Positions 1 to 8,743 of a stretch of 33,172 nucleotides of DNA are shown here, one piece after another. A model generated the notes under the pieces. The model was not told where the DNA came from and searched no databases. It was given only the letters and a program-made list of their open reading frames with translations. Source of the stretch: a virus. Lineage: Duplodnaviria; Caudoviricetes. Where the stretch lies: positions 1 to 33,172 of the IMG/VR virus record IMGVR_UViG_3300029169_000020; one strand, 5' to 3'. The first letter of the stretch is position 1, and every line of letters begins with the position of its first letter. The position numbers and the translations under genes are program-made.

Positions 1-100
1 CGTTTTTTTTTCATTGTTGTCCTGGTGTAAAGCGGCTTTACATAGATGCATATGTAAAGCCTTTTTTTTTATCTTCTTTCTGGATCATTCTCAAACATAT
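1..100. repeat. Terminal direct repeat (copy at 33072-33172); indicates circular/circularly permuted complete genome
   Basis: Bases 1-100 match 33072-33172 except for a T9 vs T10 run; gene order continues across the junction. Confidence 0.95.
26..61. repeat. Palindromic element TGTAAAGC-G-GCTTTACA overlapping an 11-bp hairpin, followed by T9
   Basis: 26-42 is a perfect inverted repeat with a 1-nt centre; 34-44 pairs with 51-61; same core at 25568-25611. Confidence 0.85.
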
Positions 101-251
101 CTCTTACATACATAAATACGTCACAGATCTGAGATCCAACCGGATCTTTTTTAGCCCAACCTTCTATAACATCTGTTATTGGTTTAAAAGGCTTGTATCT
201 CTCAGATGGATAGCTTGCAGACTTAACTTTTTTTTTAGCACTCTTATACAA
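69..251 (-). CDS. Small hypothetical protein downstream of portal
   Basis: 60-aa ORF tightly packed in the operon, GGAGGG-like SD upstream. Confidence 0.65.
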   Translation of the reverse strand: MYKSAKKKVKSASYPSERYKPFKPITDVIEGWAKKDPVGSQICDVFMYVRDMFENDPERR

Positions 252-252
252 A

Positions 253-474
253 TTAACCCTCCGATGCAGATCTTTTCTGCTTCATGACTTTTTTGTAGTT
301 TTCTGATGCATAAGCATCTATGCCGTCTAATGTGTCTCTATAATTGCATTCGATACCGTATTCTTGCTTAGGATACATTTTGTGCTTCACTTCTTGCGGC
401 ATGTTTGCAAACTCATTCATCTCTGATTTAAGTTTTCCGCTTTTTTCTTTGTTCATTTTATCACCGTACTTCAT
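253..474 (-). CDS. Small hypothetical protein downstream of portal
   Basis: 73-aa ORF, AGGGGG SD right after the portal stop. Confidence 0.7.
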   Translation of the reverse strand: MKYGDKMNKEKSGKLKSEMNEFANMPQEVKHKMYPKQEYGIECNYRDTLDGIDAYASENYKKVMKQKRSASEG

Positions 475-483
475 TTTCCCCCC

Positions 484-2565
484 CTAAGGTTGTGCGATTG
501 TATTTGATAAATTTTCTTTTTCTTGCGGTATATCTAACTGCATTTGCGATTCAATTGAACCATCTTTTGATTCTTGCGTCAAGCGCTTCAGTTTTTGCGT
601 CAACTCAAACAGTCTTTCAATTTGTCTTATGTCTAATTCTTCTAATTCTTTCATCGTTTTTGCCATTTCAAGATTAGCAGACTCTCTATCTTTTTCTGCT
701 TCTGCCAACCTTTCGACTGCAAGAGCTCTGTTTTCCTGTACTCTCGACACTCTCTCTACACCTAGCCCCTTGTCAGCCATAGCTCTGGCAGATAACGACT
801 CTATTTGTGCTTGCATGAGCTGCATTTGCGCCTGCATTTGCTGCTGTGATTGCATGTTTTGCTGTTGTTCTGTTTGACTTACTGCTTGCATAAGATCGTT
901 TTTGTTTTGCAGTGTAGATGCATCTAATATCAAAGACGCAGGTATATCTATTCCCATTTGCTTCATTTCAAGAAGCTGCTGGAACTGCATTTGTCTTTGC
1001 GTGCTTGTATTTAGCCCTTCTTCTATCTGCACATCGAACTTAGCAAATGATTTCTCATAGAACTGCTCGGTTGGTTCTTTTCCGATAATCCTCTTTACTT
1101 TTCCCGGTGAAAAGTTTTTTTGTATGAGCTCTAGATATATTCTTCCTATATTTTTTACGCTATTATCTAGCTGATCAAAAAGAACTTGCAGTGTTGTTAG
1201 GCCTGCTCCTTGCCTAAGCATTGACAGAATTCCAGGCTTGTTGTCATTCGCCATACCCAACAACTCTTCGTTTACTCCTGATATTTCTTGTATTTCCCTT
1301 CCTAGCATTTCTGAAAGTTGAATCATTGATGGAGGCACTTGGGCTGGCATTATCTTTTCTACATCAGTCATTTGCGCATTTTTTTTAATTGCTATTCCTT
1401 TTCCCTGGCCGCTTAGAAAGATATCTTTAGGATTTACAAGGCTATCTACTTTGTATTTGTATCCGCTATTTACTTGACTCTCCAAAATATCGAGCTCGAT
1501 TGTCTTTCGTCTGTTATATAGATATTGACTGTCTCTTAAACCTCTTACAACACCTTGTATTCTATAGTCGAAATGTGGGATCTCTGGCTCGTAGTAGCCC
1601 AAAAAAGGCACAAAAGGGTATTTATCCAAGCCCATTGGATTTGGTCCATTGTACATTACTTTTCCGTCTACTACGCTGCAAAGTCGCACCGTCGGTACTA
1701 TAGCGTCTCTACAAACAATTTGTGGATATAATGACATGAAATCTTTTAGTTTCTCATCACTGCCTTGCCATTCTATCACTTCTCCGGTCTGGGTGTCATG
1801 TAATAGCTTTTGATGTCTTAGATCTCTGTACCAATACTCGTCGTAGCTATATAGATTTCTCATAGCGTAGTTATAAGCTTCCGCTTGAAACTCAAATTTA
1901 CCGTCTTTGTTTCCTGCCGGTTTCATTCTGCGTATGTCTTCCCTACGACCTGGTAAAACAGATATAAGCTGTTTTTGTGAAAGCCATTTCCTTCGCCAAA
2001 TAAAGTTACAGTCTGAAAGGTCTTGTTTTTTGAAATATGGATCTATCAGAAACGATGAGTAAGGCACATGATCACATACTATATCTCCAGAAACTGGATC
2101 AAATGTGTAGTCCATGTAAATATTGACTAGGCTTAGACCTGTTGTTATTGCTCCTCCGTCGAACGCTCGGCTTATAATTTCTTGAGCGTTTGACTTTGCG
2201 ATGTTCCATATTAGCAGTGAAGAAAATTGATCCGCTGTCTCTTGATCGTTATTTTCGACAGGTATTGCAATGATGCTTTTTCTATGATTACGCTGGTGAC
2301 CGGTGATCATGTTTGTTATTCGCATTATTCGGTTGAAATAAAACTGCTTTTTTTGACTGCTTGCTACGTTTCCATAGACATCGTTCAAAATATTTTGATC
2401 TCCTGCTTTGAATCTTGTGTCTATGTCTGCCTGCGACCAAAACGACTGATTTTGAGTGATACTCTGATCATATTTCTCATTCATCTCTTGTAAAATGTCT
2501 CTTTCGCTTTCTCCGTGTCCGTCAACGTAGTAATTTTCTTCGATGTTATTGCGTTCTACAGTCAT
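484..2565 (-). CDS. Portal protein (P22-like)
   Basis: 693 aa directly after the large terminase; motifs FNRI..ITG.QR, YPFVPF, GVVRGLRDSQ..YN, IQEISGVN; Gln-rich C-terminal coiled coil like the P22 portal barrel. Confidence 0.92.
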   Translation of the reverse strand: MTVERNNIEENYYVDGHGESERDILQEMNEKYDQSITQNQSFWSQADIDTRFKAGDQNILNDVYGNVASSQKKQFYFNRIMRITNMITGHQRNHRKSIIAIPVENNDQETADQFSSLLIWNIAKSNAQEIISRAFDGGAITTGLSLVNIYMDYTFDPVSGDIVCDHVPYSSFLIDPYFKKQDLSDCNFIWRRKWLSQKQLISVLPGRREDIRRMKPAGNKDGKFEFQAEAYNYAMRNLYSYDEYWYRDLRHQKLLHDTQTGEVIEWQGSDEKLKDFMSLYPQIVCRDAIVPTVRLCSVVDGKVMYNGPNPMGLDKYPFVPFLGYYEPEIPHFDYRIQGVVRGLRDSQYLYNRRKTIELDILESQVNSGYKYKVDSLVNPKDIFLSGQGKGIAIKKNAQMTDVEKIMPAQVPPSMIQLSEMLGREIQEISGVNEELLGMANDNKPGILSMLRQGAGLTTLQVLFDQLDNSVKNIGRIYLELIQKNFSPGKVKRIIGKEPTEQFYEKSFAKFDVQIEEGLNTSTQRQMQFQQLLEMKQMGIDIPASLILDASTLQNKNDLMQAVSQTEQQQNMQSQQQMQAQMQLMQAQIESLSARAMADKGLGVERVSRVQENRALAVERLAEAEKDRESANLEMAKTMKELEELDIRQIERLFELTQKLKRLTQESKDGSIESQMQLDIPQEKENLSNTIAQP

Positions 2566-2574
2566 CTACAGCCC

Positions 2575-3879
2575 TCATATGAAAGATCTGTGTTGGTAAA
2601 TTTGATTATTTGGCTGCTGAAACATGTCAGGTATTGTGTTTCCGATTGACTCTTGATACATTTTTTCTAAATCGTCTGATGTTATTCCTGATCCTTCTGA
2701 ATTTCCGAAGTGAGTGAATAATGCATATCTTAAGCTGTCTAGGCAGTGATCGTTGTCTTTCACAGGCTTGTCTTGTCCTTTGTCACACGCCTTTGTGTCC
2801 CAAACGTATGTTGAGAATTCTTTTATCGTGTTTGTGCAGGATTTACATACCTTGAACGTTCCGTTTGCGAGAAGTTTTGATACAAATCTGATACCGTTTA
2901 TTACATCATTTTCGGCATCTGATACTTGATCTAGCCCATGTCTTGATAGCTCTAGCTTGAAGCTTGCGGCCGAGGGATCAACATATATTGTAGATACGTT
3001 GTAACTATCTATAAATTTACACATTTCTTCTGCATACTCAGTATCTGTCTTCTGGCGATTATTTTTTCTTGAGTCATAATAATACTCCCTTTCTAACCAT
3101 ATATTTGGATATCGTGTTTTGTCGTATCCAACCATTGTGAAAACAGTTGGGTTTGCTGTTCCGTAGTCTACTCCTACAATATAGTACTTTGCTCTTTTCG
3201 ATGGAGCCTGCATAACGTGCTCTTCTTCACTGAAGAAATCATATACTGTTCCTTCTGCTAGAACCCATTCTCCGTCAATATATCTTTTGTACCAAAGCCC
3301 CGTGTACTCGTTTTTAAGGCTATCTATATATTTTTTGCTTAGGCTTGGGTTGTCTTCAATCTTAAATTTCCAGGTGGCCATGTCTAGATCTTCTCTGTCA
3401 AGAAATTCAGTTTTAAGCCAATGAAAAGGTGAGTCTGGGTTTGTTGTTCCGAATAGCTTTGCGTCTGTGATTGACAAACGTGATAGAAGCATCTTAATAA
3501 ATCCGTGTGGGATCAAAGATATTTCGTCTACGTATGCGATGGCTATTGTTGATCCTTGTATTCGTCTTTGTGCTCTCTCGTCATTAGCTCCGACAAGATA
3601 TATAATTCTTCCAAATGCAACTAGCTGTGTAGACTTAGGTGTTGGTATAGGAAATCCTAGCAACGAGCATAGCTCGTATAGGACGTTTCTCTGTATAGAG
3701 TCTCGCGTAGGTCCTACTATCATGCAATTTCCGTCTGGACCCTTTCTAAGCTCTTTTGCAAACCTTATGATAGATATGAATGATTTTCCGCTACGTACGC
3801 TTCCTTCCCATATATTTATTCTTTTGTTTGACTCGAAATATGACCTCTTTTGCTTATCACTTAGATTTTGCATCTTCAT
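2575..3879 (-). CDS. terL: Terminase large subunit, PBSX family
   Basis: Walker A GSVRSGKS, Walker B IAYVDE, coupling motif GTTNP, nuclease motifs VGVDYG, YVDPSA, DHCLDSLRY. Confidence 0.96.
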   Translation of the reverse strand: MKMQNLSDKQKRSYFESNKRINIWEGSVRSGKSFISIIRFAKELRKGPDGNCMIVGPTRDSIQRNVLYELCSLLGFPIPTPKSTQLVAFGRIIYLVGANDERAQRRIQGSTIAIAYVDEISLIPHGFIKMLLSRLSITDAKLFGTTNPDSPFHWLKTEFLDREDLDMATWKFKIEDNPSLSKKYIDSLKNEYTGLWYKRYIDGEWVLAEGTVYDFFSEEEHVMQAPSKRAKYYIVGVDYGTANPTVFTMVGYDKTRYPNIWLEREYYYDSRKNNRQKTDTEYAEEMCKFIDSYNVSTIYVDPSAASFKLELSRHGLDQVSDAENDVINGIRFVSKLLANGTFKVCKSCTNTIKEFSTYVWDTKACDKGQDKPVKDNDHCLDSLRYALFTHFGNSEGSGITSDDLEKMYQESIGNTIPDMFQQPNNQIYQHRSFI

Positions 3880-4426
3880 TTCTTTTCATTTTTTTCTCAT
3901 ATTTATGATTCTTAGCTACGCTTTTCAGCAGAAGATCGTTCAGTTGCTTGGTGTATTGCTTTAGATCGTTTAGCTCTAACTCAAGCTCAATTGTTTTGTC
4001 AAATGCATCAAGTTTTGCTATAGAGTCTTCGTTGTTGTTTGATCCAATTTCTTTTTTATATTTTTCGAGTCTTTTTGCTCTCTCAAGTTTTTTATCGTCT
4101 TGGTCATCCATGTATCTTTGCATGTCATCAAGATAGCGTGGTATGAATGTTTGTATAGCCCATTTGTTTCCATGTTCGAATGCTAATTGTACGATTTTTC
4201 CTCCGAGTATCTGCTTTGCTAGCCTATGATACTCAATGAGATCATCATATTTAGAAATTAGATTATACCACCATGCAACGGTTTTTTTTTGCTCTGTACA
4301 CCATTGACTGAAGTGAAAAACGTGAGGCTGTCGGCAGAACTCTAATAGATCTTCGCCAATCTTTGTTCGTTTTTCTTCTGTCCACTTTAGAGGCACGCCT
4401 TTTCTTACGTCTTCTTTTTTTTCCAT
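3857..4426 (-). CDS. terS: Putative terminase small subunit
   Basis: Immediately upstream of and overlapping terL; N-terminal G.P.KWT helical motif, C-terminal coiled coil. Confidence 0.65.
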   Translation of the reverse strand: MEKKEDVRKGVPLKWTEEKRTKIGEDLLEFCRQPHVFHFSQWCTEQKKTVAWWYNLISKYDDLIEYHRLAKQILGGKIVQLAFEHGNKWAIQTFIPRYLDDMQRYMDDQDDKKLERAKRLEKYKKEIGSNNNEDSIAKLDAFDKTIELELELNDLKQYTKQLNDLLLKSVAKNHKYEKKMKRNEDAKSK

Positions 4427-4502
4427 ATCTTGTTTTTTCTTAATGTTTTTATGTTTACCTACATTGATTCATACTTTTTTGTCTCTTAAGCACTTGGCTA
4501 CA

Positions 4503-4829
4503 TTAGGTGTATTTTTTTGCTTTTTGGAAGTTGTACGTAATTTTTTTTTCGCTGTCTTGATCTCTAATATTTAGATTGCTTGTGATTCTATTTGCTCTCA
4601 AGTTATTTTTGATTTCGTTGATGTCGAAACCGATTATTTTTTTCTGTACTTGTGATATTCGAAAATAAAATTGGCTTTCTGTCATTCCAAACGAGTGCAT
4701 AAACTGTCTTAAGCTACGAGATGATTCATACATTGACCAGTATCTTAACAAATCAGCGAATGTGTATAAGTCGTTGGACGATAGCTTTCTATTGTTCATA
4801 TTATACCTTAATTCTGAATTTATTTTCAT
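4503..4829 (-). CDS. Hypothetical protein (possible helix-turn-helix/late regulator)
   Basis: 108-aa ORF co-oriented and overlapping the upstream gene; SLRQFMHSFGMTESQFY is HTH-like. Confidence 0.55.
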   Translation of the reverse strand: MKINSELRYNMNNRKLSSNDLYTFADLLRYWSMYESSRSLRQFMHSFGMTESQFYFRISQVQKKIIGFDINEIKNNLRANRITSNLNIRDQDSEKKITYNFQKAKKYT

Positions 4830-5136
4830 CTTTTTTGATCACGTTTATGTGTATGGGGTATATATCTTCTACAAGCTTCTTTTTTGTTTTGAATTCAGAT
4901 GTTTCAAATCCTTTCACGTCTGTGAATATAACATCTCCGTTTGTCCAAAATTCTAGAAAGTCAACAACATACTTAACATTTCCGGGCAAATGTAAAGGAA
5001 CTTGCCTCAAAAAAAACAGTATGTCCCCTATTTTTTGTAGATCTTTTAACTTTCTGTAGTAGAAAGACTCTGCTTTTGAGTCAAACCTCACTCCGTCTAC
5101 ATCAGTAGGTCTTGCGTGAAACTTGTGTCTAATCAT
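4801..5136 (-). CDS. DUF1064-family PD-(D/E)XK nuclease-like protein
   Basis: KFHARPTDVDGVRFDSKAE..YY, YVVDF, DVKG motifs; likely start MIRHK at 5136 overlapping the upstream stop (ORF track extends to 5211). Confidence 0.85.
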   Translation of the reverse strand: MIRHKFHARPTDVDGVRFDSKAESFYYRKLKDLQKIGDILFFLRQVPLHLPGNVKYVVDFLEFWTNGDVIFTDVKGFETSEFKTKKKLVEDIYPIHINVIKKDENKFRIKV

Positions 5137-5476
5137 TTTTTTCATCATGTTTTTCAAGATGTTTTTCAAGATGTTTAATGTATGCGTTAATAGGGTCAAG
5201 TTTTCGTTCATTTACCTTATTCACAACACATTGACTTATCAAAGACAGCCATGCGGTTTTTTCTCCAAAAAGAAGCTTAAAAAGATCTCTAACATATCTA
5301 ATTTTTGCGGTTTGGCTTCTAGTATTTAGATACACTCTAAGCTCTGCTGATAGATTTGCTAATGATTCTTCAAGCGACTCTAGCTCATGTCTTTCCACTC
5401 CTATTTGTTCATATATTTTATGTACGTCTTCTTGAGTTATGTTGTATTTGGTTTTTTCTACGAACCTTTCATCCAT
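5129..5476 (-). CDS. Hypothetical protein downstream of rep
   Basis: 115-aa ORF with AAGGA SD; 12-bp tandem repeat at 5147-5176 encodes KHLE repeats. Confidence 0.7.
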   Translation of the reverse strand: MDERFVEKTKYNITQEDVHKIYEQIGVERHELESLEESLANLSAELRVYLNTRSQTAKIRYVRDLFKLLFGEKTAWLSLISQCVVNKVNERKLDPINAYIKHLEKHLEKHDEKND

Positions 5477-5494
5477 TCTTCGTCCTTTCGATGT

Positions 5495-6808
5495 TTATCT
5501 TGTTTGCTTGGCGTATTCTTTGTATATATCTAGTGTTCTATGAAATTGACTAACAAAGATTTGGTTGCTCATCGAGAAGGACAGTTCCCTATCTATGCTC
5601 TTGATTATAACATGCTTTTGATATTCTTCATAAGATCCCATTGGAAACATTTCTTTATTTTCTTCCCAAAACAACTTATTGAATTCGTAATGCTTAGGCA
5701 TCGGCTCTAGTCTCTTTGAGATGAAATGTGTAATCATAGCCGCAGAACTTTTAGGCTTTATAGGAGAGTCTAGCTTCTGCTGATAAAACAAGATGCCCTT
5801 TCGTATATCGGTTAAAGAAACGCTCTTTGCTATATTAAGGGCCGCTACTGGATTAAAGCGAGAGTCTAGACTGTGAGCAGGGGGAACGTTACATAAGAGC
5901 TTGAATGACTGTTTCTGTTCGAAATTAAGTGCATCTACTCCCTCCTTTAACTTACCCTTTACGATAGGTTTGAATTCTTCGTGTCCTAGCTCGTCTTTTT
6001 TTACATGACATAATTCTTTTTCTGCCTCTTCATTAAAGATGGCTTCTTCTTCTTCAGCTGTGATTGTAAAGTTTTTGTTTTCGGATTCTGGCTGAATTTC
6101 GATCACATCACTTAACACTATTGGACCTGTTTCTTCAGCCTTTCTTTCATCTCTGCTCTTTTGAGCAGAAGCATCTACCCGCTGCGAAGCTGCGGCAATT
6201 ACTCGATCTTGATCGAAAGCATTTCCTGCCTCAAGAGGCAGGTCCTGGCATATATGCTTTTTCTCTTTAGTAGTATTTGTAGTATTCTCTTTATGTCGTA
6301 ATTTTTCGTGTACCCCCCTCGTATTTTGTTTCTCTGGGGGTGGAAATTTATTACTACCCCTAGATTTCTTTTGAATTTCCTCTAGTTTTTCTGGGATTAG
6401 CTGTATAAACTGTTGATTAGCAAGGATTGATGTAGACCCGTATGATCCGACTGTTTCTATCTCGCGAATGTGTCTTTTGATGTAACCATTTTTTTCAAGG
6501 TATAACAGAGCGTTACTTGTTTGGCGATGTGAGTACCCAAAAAACGCTGCAAACTCTCGCGTTTGTCGCCTCAAAAAGTCGTGTTTGAATTTCTTTTTTA
6601 TGGAATATATGTCGCCCGTTGCTTCGCATCTTGTCGTTGTTGGTCGGTACCAATATACGATATCCGCTAGTAGGGTAATCGCTACATGATAGGGCTTTTT
6701 GCTTATGTCTGATAGAATGTGCTTGTACCACTCGTGTGGTATTATGTTGCCTACGAAGTTGAGTTTTGACATTTTTTCTACTTCAGGCGTTACGTTATAT
6801 GCTTGCAT
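5495..6808 (-). CDS. Phage replication initiator (N-terminal winged helix)
   Basis: N-terminal GNIIPHEWY...AITLLADIVYWYRP and HTH (EFAAFFGYSHRQTSNALLYLEKNGYIKR), followed by an ENTTNTT linker typical of phage initiators; start MQAYN at 6808 has AAGGA SD (ORF track starts 6835). Confidence 0.8.
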   Translation of the reverse strand: MQAYNVTPEVEKMSKLNFVGNIIPHEWYKHILSDISKKPYHVAITLLADIVYWYRPTTTRCEATGDIYSIKKKFKHDFLRRQTREFAAFFGYSHRQTSNALLYLEKNGYIKRHIREIETVGSYGSTSILANQQFIQLIPEKLEEIQKKSRGSNKFPPPEKQNTRGVHEKLRHKENTTNTTKEKKHICQDLPLEAGNAFDQDRVIAAASQRVDASAQKSRDERKAEETGPIVLSDVIEIQPESENKNFTITAEEEEAIFNEEAEKELCHVKKDELGHEEFKPIVKGKLKEGVDALNFEQKQSFKLLCNVPPAHSLDSRFNPVAALNIAKSVSLTDIRKGILFYQQKLDSPIKPKSSAAMITHFISKRLEPMPKHYEFNKLFWEENKEMFPMGSYEEYQKHVIIKSIDRELSFSMSNQIFVSQFHRTLDIYKEYAKQTR

Positions 6809-6837
6809 ATATTTCCTTATTTTCATATTATGCAAGG

Positions 6838-7078
6838 ACGCAACATTTTCTACACGTTATGTGCAGATGCAGGTCCTTGTTGTTACGCAACATTTTCTAC
6901 ATGTTATATTTGTTGTTACGCAACATTTTCTACATGTTATATTTGTTGTTACGCAACATTTTCTACATGTTATATGCAGATGCCGGCCCTTGCAGTTATT
7001 GTAGTTCTTTCTGTTCTTGAGTTCTTGAACACTAGTTACTTGTTGTTAGCGCAACATTTTCTACGAGTTATATGCAGA
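6838..7078. repeat. 33-bp tandem repeat array (three perfect units 6877-6975, degenerate copies 6838-6862 and 7040-7078); iteron-like
   Basis: Unit TTGTTGTTACGCAACATTTTCTACATGTTATAT, directly upstream of rep. Confidence 0.9.
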
Positions 7079-7283
7079 GGTTTTTCCCTTGCTGTTAATG
7101 AACGCTTGTCCTTAGCGTTATTAGTTTCAGTGTCTTGCATGTGTTTCCTTATTTTTATGTGCAGACGTTGGTTCTTATTTTGTATCTGTTTCCTAGAAGT
7201 TGAGTTTTGACATTCTTATGCTTCGATCGTTGCAGTGCATGCTTGCTGATTTTTATACAGATCTTGTTGTGTGTTTTCTATCG

Positions 7284-7321
7284 CCCTGAGTATGAGTTCA
7301 ACCGTACTCAGGGTTTTTTTT
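7284..7321 (+). terminator. Intrinsic terminator on the plus (antisense) strand
   Basis: 11-bp stem CCCTGAGTATG/CGTACTCAGGG with one U-G pair, then T8. Confidence 0.8.
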
Positions 7322-7339
7322 GCTATATCCTATCTTCTC

Positions 7340-7375
7340 AACCGTTTTGGCTACTATAGCCAGAACGGTTTTTTT
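7340..7375 (+). terminator. Second intrinsic terminator on the plus strand
   Basis: 14-bp stem AACCGTTTTGGCTA/TAGCCAGAACGGTT with one U-G pair, then a T run. Confidence 0.75.
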
Positions 7376-7382
7376 GTTAAAT

Positions 7383-7757
7383 TTATATTTTATTTGTAAT
7401 TGATTTTATAGCTGTAGAGCTTATCATGGTACGCTTTGCGTCTTTTTCTTCTCGTGTTTTGATCGTGTTCACGGCGCTTTTTATTGCGTAGATCACGTTT
7501 TCAAGCTCATCTTTGATGATTTTTTTAATCGTTTCTTCTAATTTTTCTGGAACGTGTATTTCTGTGTCATCAGGATATAACATCTCGATTCTAGTGACTT
7601 TTCCTTCTGTTAACTCTTCTATTTTTTTTGCTGTTGATTTTGAGACTTTCATTTTGTTATGTATGATCTTTGATAGTGATGTCTGTCTTATGTCTAGCAT
7701 TTCAGCAAACTTGCTTACTTGTATGTTGTTGTCTCTTAGATATTCATATAGTTTCAT
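7383..7757 (-). CDS. Cro/XRE-like HTH transcriptional regulator
   Basis: MKLYEYL...SKFAEMLDIRQTSLSKII...AKKIEELTEGKVT is Cro/YdaS-like; AAGGAG SD before ATG 7757 (ORF track starts 7862). Confidence 0.85.
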   Translation of the reverse strand: MKLYEYLRDNNIQVSKFAEMLDIRQTSLSKIIHNKMKVSKSTAKKIEELTEGKVTRIEMLYPDDTEIHVPEKLEETIKKIIKDELENVIYAIKSAVNTIKTREEKDAKRTMISSTAIKSITNKI

Positions 7758-7787
7758 GGCGTTCTCCTTTGTTTGAGTCATGATAAT

Positions 7788-7816
7788 ATGATACACATTG
7801 TGTGTTTTACATTCAA
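7788..7816 (-). promoter_or_regulatory. Sigma70-type promoter of the cro-rep operon
   Basis: TTGAAT-17 nt-TATCAT; ACACA-T-TGTGT palindrome at 7793-7803. Confidence 0.7.
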
Positions 7817-7848
7817 GCATTAGCATATGTTTTGTTTTTTTTTGTGTT

Positions 7849-7878
7849 TTGACAAGAAACACCTTGTACGTAAATGCT
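7849..7878 (+). promoter_or_regulatory. Putative promoter of the recombination operon
   Basis: Perfect TTGACA at 7849-7854; -10 box is weak (TAAATGCT). Confidence 0.5.
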
Positions 7879-7926
7879 GTGATGTGTCATTATTGTGACG
7901 TAATACAACACACGTGGAGATGTTAA

Positions 7927-8724
7927 ATGGAAAACAAAGCAGAAATCGTATCAATCGAAGACAAAGACTTAGTACAAGACACACCGAAAAAGTGTGAAGA
8001 ATATAGAACTGCAAGAGCTCTATTTGACCCAAGCGGTCTGTTGAGCGATGAACAGATATTTATGTTTCTTTCTATAGCAAAACAGAGAAAGCTAGACCCA
8101 AGATTAAGACAAATATGCGCTATACCCAAGTATAGCAAGCAAACCGGAAGATACGAATGTGTAATAGTTACTCAGATAGACGGTTTCAGACTTATAGCAG
8201 AAAGAACAGGAAAGTATTCACCCGGTAAGACTACCGACTATATTTATAACGACAGAGGGGCTTTAATCGGCGCTGTAGCTTATGTTAAGAAAATGACCGC
8301 CGACGGAACTTGGCATGAAGTTGGAGAGTCAGCACACATAAACGAATTTAGCTCAAACAGTTACATATGGAAATCTATGCCACACGTGATGATATCTAAA
8401 TGTGCTGAGGCTAGAGCTCTAAGAAGAGCGTTTCCAGGAGATCTTAGCGGAATATACACTCAAGATGAAATAAACGTTGAAGACTCACAAAAGAAAGATA
8501 AGCCTACTGAAAAAAGAACACAAGACATCACAGATGAAGTTATTTCAAAAGACAAAGCAGATGATATATATAAGTATCTTGTTAACAACAAAGGTATTGA
8601 GAAAGATTTGCTTAGAATATGTAAAGTAAAGTCTATAGAGGAAATAAGAAACAGCCAGCTAAAAGCCTGTAGAGCGTTTATCATCAACAGAATGAAGAAA
8701 GATAAAGAAGACAACAGCAAATAA
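7927..8724 (+). CDS. bet: Phage single-strand annealing protein, Bet/RecT family
   Basis: LDP..RQI, IDGFRLIAERTG.Y, W..MPHVMISKCAEARALRRAFP..SGIYTQDE. Confidence 0.93.
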   Translation: MENKAEIVSIEDKDLVQDTPKKCEEYRTARALFDPSGLLSDEQIFMFLSIAKQRKLDPRLRQICAIPKYSKQTGRYECVIVTQIDGFRLIAERTGKYSPGKTTDYIYNDRGALIGAVAYVKKMTADGTWHEVGESAHINEFSSNSYIWKSMPHVMISKCAEARALRRAFPGDLSGIYTQDEINVEDSQKKDKPTEKRTQDITDEVISKDKADDIYKYLVNNKGIEKDLLRICKVKSIEEIRNSQLKACRAFIINRMKKDKEDNSK

Positions 8725-8743
8725 TCAAAAAAAAGGCAAAGTC

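Noticed and set aside
1-100. Biological direct terminal repeat of the virion DNA
   Set aside because: Length near a typical assembler overlap, and the ends fall inside genes; more likely circular assembly, though not provable from sequence alone
6299-6365. Iterons inside the rep gene (G/C runs in the linker)
   Set aside because: Only short, imperfect TACCCC-type matches; too weak to call
6838-7078. CRISPR mini-array (TTTCTAC core resembles Cas12a repeats)
   Set aside because: Units are directly tandem without unique spacers, lack the GTAGA stem partner, and no cas genes are present
6699-7210. Three overlapping plus-strand ORFs with 11-aa Cys-rich repeats
   Set aside because: By-product of a stop-free 33-bp repeat; no SD, implausible composition, antisense overlap with rep
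6751-7246. Diversity-generating retroelement TR/VR pair
   Set aside because: No reverse transcriptase; copies are short, at the gene 5' end, and differences are not adenine-specific overall
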